Source: Stylophora pistillata
Taxonomy: Eukaryota
Direction of reading: 5' to 3'
Length of the DNA stretch: 64,000 nucleotides
Assembly (NCBI RefSeq): GCF_002571385.2
Contig: NW_019217960.1
Span: forward strand, 130,308-194,307
Part shown: one piece after another, positions 62,080-64,000 of the stretch
Numbering within the stretch: the stretch's first letter is position 1
Layout: every line of letters starts with the position of its first letter
Program-made: the position numbers and the translations under genes
The notes under the pieces: generated by a model
Databases searched by the model: none
Told to the model about the DNA's origin: nothing
The model's input: the letters and a program-made list of their open reading frames with translations, nothing else

Positions 62080-64000
62080 ATTCAATTCCCGTTGAGGCCA
62101 GAATTTTTTTCAGGCCCTATTTTCACTAATGCTTAAGTAGTTTTCATTACTGCGAGGATCGCTTTCATACATTTCTTAAATAACCGCGGTAGAGAAATAT
62201 GATTTTCATATATTCAAATTCATTAGTTGATATTTAATTAGTTAGGGTCAGTCTACATACGGAACTCTTAGTTATGAGGGCTTAAATCCATGCAGACCAG
62301 GTTTCGGTCCTCTAATTTTCCAGCTTCAGATCTGAAACGTTTTCCTACCCACTTCCCTCCCGTGGTAGTGTGTTTGTGTAGGGGTATCATCGGGTTCACG
62401 AGGCAGTTTTGCCTTCACCTTTGCTAGAAATAAATCACATTTCTAGACAATGTAATTTAGTTGAGGTGTTAGCAAATAAACGGCGCTAGGGTTGTGGCCA
62501 AAACGTAGCAAAATCTTGATCTCATTTACATAACAAACAGAGCTAAGCCTTGGCAATGCGCTCTATTAGTTAAAATTACTTTTTCATTGGTGTCACTCTC
62601 CAAATATAGCTTTGAAACAAACAGGAGAGTGGTAAAAATAATCATTCTTTGTTTCAGCTGGTTTTTGATCAATTAGTTCGTTATTTATTCAAAAGTAAGA
62701 GCACGTTACCTTCATACAGTTAGAAACGGCCATCATCTGATCCTAAAAGAAGAATTAAATTAAAAAAAAATCCAGTTTTATTTACGTTCCAAACAAAGAT
62801 GGGTTTGGATGGCAGATCTGTACGTGCCCGCTTTTTATGCAAATCAGTCCTTCCCCGATCGCAGTTTCGGTTAAATCATATCAAACCGGAAGTGACACTC
62901 ACATCTTCACTGTAGCCTAAATTAAAAGCCTCTGTGCTTCTCGACTGTGTAAGGTTTTAAGGTTCTATGGTAATGGGTTTCTCGAGTCTAGCTTCAACAG
63001 AACATATAATGTAATTTGAACAGAGTCTCTTTCTGGAGTGGAAATGTCTTCAACAGTGTTTTAGCAGGTTTGGTGCGCGCTCTTAAATATCATTACGAAC
63101 CCTATATATCTTTTAAAGTTACACGTACACACAAACGAAGCACCGACCTATTTCTCCCTTCCTGAGTTCTTAATGCTAATTTGTCTCAAAAAAAATTCTC
63201 CTTTTCATTCTCATCAAAAATTTCCCGCCCGCCTTATGTAAGAAATCTTGGAAACCTATGCACGTGTTTGTTAACCTACCTTTACGCACTTTGGATCCTG
63301 ACATACGGGGTTATTCCAGTTGACATTCATACAGCCCAGCTTGGGGGCAGCTGAAATTTTAGTGGTATGGTAATTAATTAAACAAAATAACGTCTCAGTT
63401 GTGCGTATAATTACTGGTAAATTTTTCACGGTTGACTACGACGCATGTAACTGTTACAAAATTAATAGAGGATCCCCAAGTGCACAGGTAGAGTTAAGAT
63501 AAGATAAGATAAAAACTTTATTAACGGGTCGGGTAGTTCTAGCTTACATTTACGTAAACTATTTGTGGACACCTTACTAATAGTGAATTAAAAGTTAAGA
63601 ATTATGATTAAAATCCTAAATCCTATAAGTCCCTCACTGTAGGATGCTTAATTAACTAGAGGTTTCAATTTACGTCAGTTCAGTTCTCTAGGTTGTGAAC
63701 GATATATTCCAGTTGTAACACTGCATTCGATGCAAGATGTCACACTGATAACATTTATTCCATCTACGGAAAAACAAGCTGACTTTTACCTCCCAAAATA
63801 TTAAACTAAAATACACTCGTGAACATAGCTATGTAATTGAGTAGATGGAGAATTAAACTCGACTTTAAAGATAAACAAAATTGAATTTACACAGAGCGTA
63901 GAGAAGTACCTGTTGCAGGTGCATTTACAGTCTGCGAAGTTTGCTGCGAGTCAGCGGTTGCCGACGGTTGAATATTATTTCCAGATATATTGCCAAATAT
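52514..64000 (-). CDS. Adhesion GPCR (GAIN/GPS + 7TM); 5' end outside window, last exon uncertain
   Basis: Exons approx. 64000-63910, 63350-63280, 62742-62710, 61327-61195, 60668-60513, 60007-59923, 59550-59364, 58648-58602, 58212-58098, 57183-57080, 56615-56513, 55810-55639, 55184-55109, 54747-54681, 54226-54141, 54021-53892, 53143-53102, 52633-. GPS PKCVYW..WSNDGC..CECTHFSTFALVM. 7TM HFFELAALSWLLMEA, VGWGVP, CWMS, TWLFG, TFQGLLVLLFYC. Confidence 0.92.
56077..56381. mobile_element. Split-inverted-repeat element
   Basis: Hairpin 56077-56196 (TTAACAATTATTCCACTCG / CGAGTGGAATAATTGTTTT, apex GCGCGTAGCGC). Short second IR ATTTAAAAC / GTTTTTAAT. Confidence 0.7.
58999..59303. mobile_element. Split-inverted-repeat element (reverse orientation, near-perfect)
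   Basis: IR TTAGTATATACTAAAACAGTG / CACTGTTTTAGTATATACTAA, CTGATTGG at 59040, and a ~50-bp-arm hairpin 59193-59303 with apex GCGAAGC. Confidence 0.88.
61929..62226. mobile_element. tRNA-containing fold-back element, copy C (centre deleted)
   Basis: TTAAGAAATGTATGAAAGCGATCCTCGCAGTAATGAA is mirrored at ~62143-62178. Two partial tRNA-like units are fused at the centre, followed by a TAACCGCGG tail. Confidence 0.88.

Noticed and set aside
62349-62423. Extra adhesion-GPCR exon (KVKAKLPREPDD..)
   Set aside because: Splice phases do not fit the flanking phase-0 exons, which join directly. It could be an alternative exon but is unsupported.

Overview
Eukaryotic, intron-rich, AT-rich animal DNA. The repeat landscape and gene content suggest an anthozoan cnidarian, probably a stony coral (inference, not verified). 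Most ORFs in the supplied track are spurious or single exons, so genes were rebuilt by hand from splice sites. Seven protein-coding genes are supported: a 5'-truncated ionotropic glutamate receptor (+, 264-12540); a two-exon C2H2 factor with an N-terminal SNAG motif and Fez-type fingers (-, 17799-18949); two tandem POT/SLC15 peptide transporters (+, 26659-30063 and 32194-38040); a secreted Cys-rich 468-aa protein with an internally duplicated domain and a catalytically dead PLA2-like module (-, 38892-40958); a class I eIF4E (+, 42133-49149) with a U12-type intron; and a 5'-truncated adhesion GPCR (-, ~52514-64000). Non-coding DNA holds a decayed CR1/L2-type LINE, a tRNA-derived SINE, several MITEs and three structurally notable element classes: (1) tRNA-bearing fold-back elements whose arms co-vary per copy and preserve a circular/tandem junction; (2) hammerhead-ribozyme elements, one with an intact core lying antisense in the eIF4E U12 intron; (3) six or seven sequence-unrelated elements sharing an A..A'B..B' split-inverted-repeat architecture. 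No database searches were run, so all novelty statements need checking.
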